This document shows, in pieces, positions 61,239 through 64,000 of a DNA stretch of 64,000 nucleotides (positions are counted from its first letter, which is position 1; every line of letters begins with the position of its first letter). The stretch is from Oculina patagonica (lineage: Eukaryota). A model generated the notes under the pieces. The model had not been told where the DNA came from, did no database searches, and was given only the letters and a program-made list of their open reading frames with translations. The position numbers and the translations under genes are program-made. The stretch covers positions 16,988,001 to 17,052,000 of the forward strand of contig NC_135769.1 of NCBI RefSeq assembly GCF_052425735.1. Reading direction: 5' to 3'.

Positions 61239-62985
61239 TATATATATAGCCTTGGCTCCTAAGTGAAGCATAGCTCATCCACAGTTTTCTTCCACTGTTC
61301 TCTGTCTTGGGCTTGGTGTTCAATTTGGGTCCATCGTAGACCTATCTGCCGCAGTTCTTGTTCGGCTGATCTTCTCCAGTTGTTTTTGGCCTTCCACGAT
61401 TTCTCTTTCCTTGAGGGTTCCAGAAGAGTGCCTGTTTAGTTACGCTATTGTGTGGTTTCCTTAGCGTGTGTCCTATCCATTTCCACTTCTTTCTTCTGAT
61501 TTGAATCATCATCTTGTCTTCCTGAGTCCTTGCCCATAGATCTTCGTTGCTGATGGTGTTTGGCCATCTTACACCAAGGATGTAGCGTAGGCAGCGGTTG
61601 ACGAAGGCTTGGGTTTTATCTGTGATGTTCTTCGTTACTCTCCAAGTTTCAGCTCCATACATCAGTACTGTTTTAACATTAGTGTTAAAGATCCTTAGCT
61701 TGGTCCGCAGGGATATTTCCTTTGATCTCCACACAGGTCTGAGTAGAAGGAAGGCTGTTCTGGCTTTGCCAATCCTCACCAACACGTCCCGTTCGGTTCC
61801 ACCATCAACAATTATCACGCTTCCTAGGTAGGTAAAGGAGGCGACATTCTCTATGTCCTCAATGTCCAGCTTGATTGGGGCTTGGTTTGTGCTGTTTATG
61901 CGCATTGTCTTGGTCTTGCTCTTGTTGATGTTAAGACCTGTCATTTCTGCGGTCGTAGCCAATGAGTTGACTTTGTCCTGCGCATGTCTGTGGTTGTGGG
62001 AAAGTAGGGCGAGGTCATCGGCAAAATCCAGATCGTGCAGTTGGGAGAAGAGGGTCCATTGCAATCCCGTCCTGGATCCTTCCGTTGTGGTCTTCATTAT
62101 CCAATCAATAACCAAAAGAAAAAGCATAGGTGATAGGATGCAGCCTTGTCGGACTCCGGTCTTCACAGAGAAAGGCGGTGTAAGTTCACGATTGTGTATT
62201 ACCCTGGTTTGAGAATTGTAGTACGACTGCTGTATGATGGCAATAAACTTCTCTGGGATTCCATAGTGGCGAAGAATCTTCCAGAGAGTGTTGTGATCGA
62301 CACTATCGAAGGCCTTTTCAAAGTCTATGAAAGTGATGTAAAGTGAAGAGTTCCATTCTAGCGACTGCTCAGCTATAATTCTTAGGGTTGCGATATGGTC
62401 AGTACAAGACCTGTTCTTTCTAAAGCCCATTTGTTGGTCCCTTAGGATCTCCTCGAGGGCATCAACTAGTCTCTGCAGGATTATTCGGCTGAGGATTTTT
62501 CCTGGTACAGATAGCATGGTTATTCCTCTGTAGTTGTTACAGTTTGCTAGGTCTCCCTTTTTGGGGACTTTTACCAGATAGCCCTCTTTCCAATCCTCAG
62601 GAATAGTTTCCTCTTCCCAAACCTTCTTAAAGATCTCATATAACATCTGCGTTGAGGTGTTCACATCTGCTTTTAGAATTTCTGCTGGAATTCCATCCGG
62701 CCCTGGAGCTTTTCCGTTCTTTTGTTTCTGGATTGCTTTTGCTATTTCTTCCTTGCTGGGTTTTTCGGTGTTAACATCCAGCATGAGCTCGGCTTCTGGG
62801 ATGGCTATAGAGTCTGGTGGTGGTGGTCGGTTCAACAATTCCTCAAAATATTCGCGCCATCTCTTCAGCTGATCTTCCTGCTTGGTGAGCGTGTTGCCGT
62901 GTTTGTCCTTGATGGGTTTTGATGCAGAGCTCTTCTTGCCCGCTAGCTTCTTTGTCAGCTCATACAAGTCTTTCATCCTGTGTTG
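61239..62985 (-). mobile_element. 5'-truncated RTE-clade LINE
   Basis: 12-bp TSD TTTCCTGGATAG (61227-61238, 62986-62997). (TA)n tail. RT ORF. Confidence 0.93.
61342..62985 (-). CDS. Reverse transcriptase domain of RTE LINE (no endonuclease; 1-nt frameshift near the C-terminus)
   Basis: KAPGPDGIP, NYRGITMLS, DFEKAFDSV, GVRQGCILSP, FADD, FTYLGS, WIGHTLR motifs. Confidence 0.93.
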   Translation of the reverse strand, partial: QHRMKDLYELTKKLAGKKSSASKPIKDKHGNTLTKQEDQLKRWREYFEELLNRPPPPDSIAIPEAELMLDVNTEKPSKEEIAKAIQKQKNGKAPGPDGIPAEILKADVNTSTQMLYEIFKKVWEEETIPEDWKEGYLVKVPKKGDLANCNNYRGITMLSVPGKILSRIILQRLVDALEEILRDQQMGFRKNRSCTDHIATLRIIAEQSLEWNSSLYITFIDFEKAFDSVDHNTLWKILRHYGIPEKFIAIIQQSYYNSQTRVIHNRELTPPFSVKTGVRQGCILSPMLFLLVIDWIMKTTTEGSRTGLQWTLFSQLHDLDFADDLALLSHNHRHAQDKVNSLATTAEMTGLNINKSKTKTMRINSTNQAPIKLDIEDIENVASFTYLGSVIIVDGGTERDVLVRIGKARTAFLLLRPVWRSKEISLRTKLRIFNTNVKTVLMYGAETWRVTKNITDKTQAFVNRCLRYILGVRWPNTISNEDLWARTQEDKMMIQIRRKKWKWIGHTLRKPHNSVTKQALFWNPQGKRNRGRPKTTGEDQPNKNCGR

Positions 62986-63293
62986 TTTCCTGGATAGACC
63001 CATTTCAATTAACGTTGACTGACAGAAGCGTTAAACCTATAAGACAAGACCGAATGGTAGTCTGGGTATTCATCTCAGAATTTGCATATTCTACAAGTTT
63101 TTATTTCGCAGATGTATTTGCTTTGCTCCGAATCAGATAATGTGTTTTTCTATTTTTGTTTTACTAGCTGATGTATGATTCTGCTAAAATTTAGTTTGGC
63201 TAAAAGTAGCTTACTTCTACAGGTTAAAAACAAAAAGGAAACGTTTGAAATAATGTTTTTATGTTATTATATCTCATTAGTTTTCAGTGCATG

Positions 63294-63444
63294 GAGGGGG
63301 GAGGTACAGAATAGGGAGGAGGGAGAAATGGCCAAAAAATTTAGGGAGGAGGGAGAAATTTTGGCAAAAAATAGGGAGGAGGGAGAAATTTTGGCGAAAA
63401 AAAATAGGGAGGAGGGATATTTATACTCCTGTCCCTCCCCCCTC
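63294..63444. mobile_element. 151-bp MITE with internal tandem repeats
   Basis: TIR GAGGGGGGAGG(T/G)ACAG. Flanking TGCATG duplicated (63288-63293, 63445-63450). Four TAGGGAGGAGGGA units. Confidence 0.7.
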
Positions 63445-64000
63445 TGCATGAAGCAGTTTTCTACTTTTACCCTTCGGTACCTTTCGGTTTTGTCTTGGTT
63501 TCTATCCTAAAATGTTAATTGAAATGAATGGGTGTATTTCTGCTATTTCTTCCCTTTCCGACTGTATAACTTTTGCTGTTAATCTTTTGTGGATTATAAA
63601 GCAGCCGTTTAATGATCCACATGGATTTTGATGTCTTATATGTTATCCTGTTAATCAGATGTCCAGTGCAAGCGGTACACGTATCGTCACGTACAAAGCC
63701 TGTTCAACAAGAAATATAGTAAGTTATAATAAAAGTTTGGTTGGCTAATTCACGATTCTTATGCAATATGTCCATGTCTAATTAAAAGGCGCCTAGCTAA
63801 GGCGGACGTTAATCAGTCCGTTCGTGATCTCACCCCACCCACCTAATCCATGAATAAATGTGAAAAGGTTAGTCAGCACGGGTGACTACATTTTTTACTC
63901 TTTTTGAGCAATTTAGTATGAGGAGGTGTAGAAGACAAGGCCAACGCTTCAAAGTCACCGCCCAATTTCATGACGCGATCTTCACAGCAAGCATGATCTT

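Overview
This is eukaryotic, AT-rich animal DNA. The repeat families (Nin-type tRNA-SINE, minimal Penelope-type hammerhead, TAGCCTG and CAGTGGCGG MITEs) look cnidarian, probably a stony coral; that assignment is inference. The core is a head-to-tail array of 13 class A (rhodopsin-family, peptide-receptor-like) GPCR genes and pseudogenes, all on the minus strand (6.1-57.4 kb). The array was built by ~6.9 kb A+B unit duplications, unequal crossing-over and gene conversion. Paralogous copies supply empty sites, so many insertions can be delimited to the base: a 4.1 kb non-coding split-direct-repeat (A..BA..B) element with no TSD, two Helitron/Helentron-type elements, a Penelope-like fragment with a hammerhead, nested TTAA-flanked palindromic elements, several MITEs and a 5'-truncated RTE LINE. 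There is also a spliced HMG-box-like gene relic near 60.5-61.2 kb. The most notable observations are (1) the receptors' C-terminal tail is cut by four independent stops while the downstream frame stays open in some copies, with a candidate 99-nt in-frame exitron that would remove the stop, (2) the receptors have almost no N-terminus and share a conserved splice acceptor, and (3) the split-direct-repeat element carries arrays of hairpins. All coordinates were read by eye and no database searches were run.
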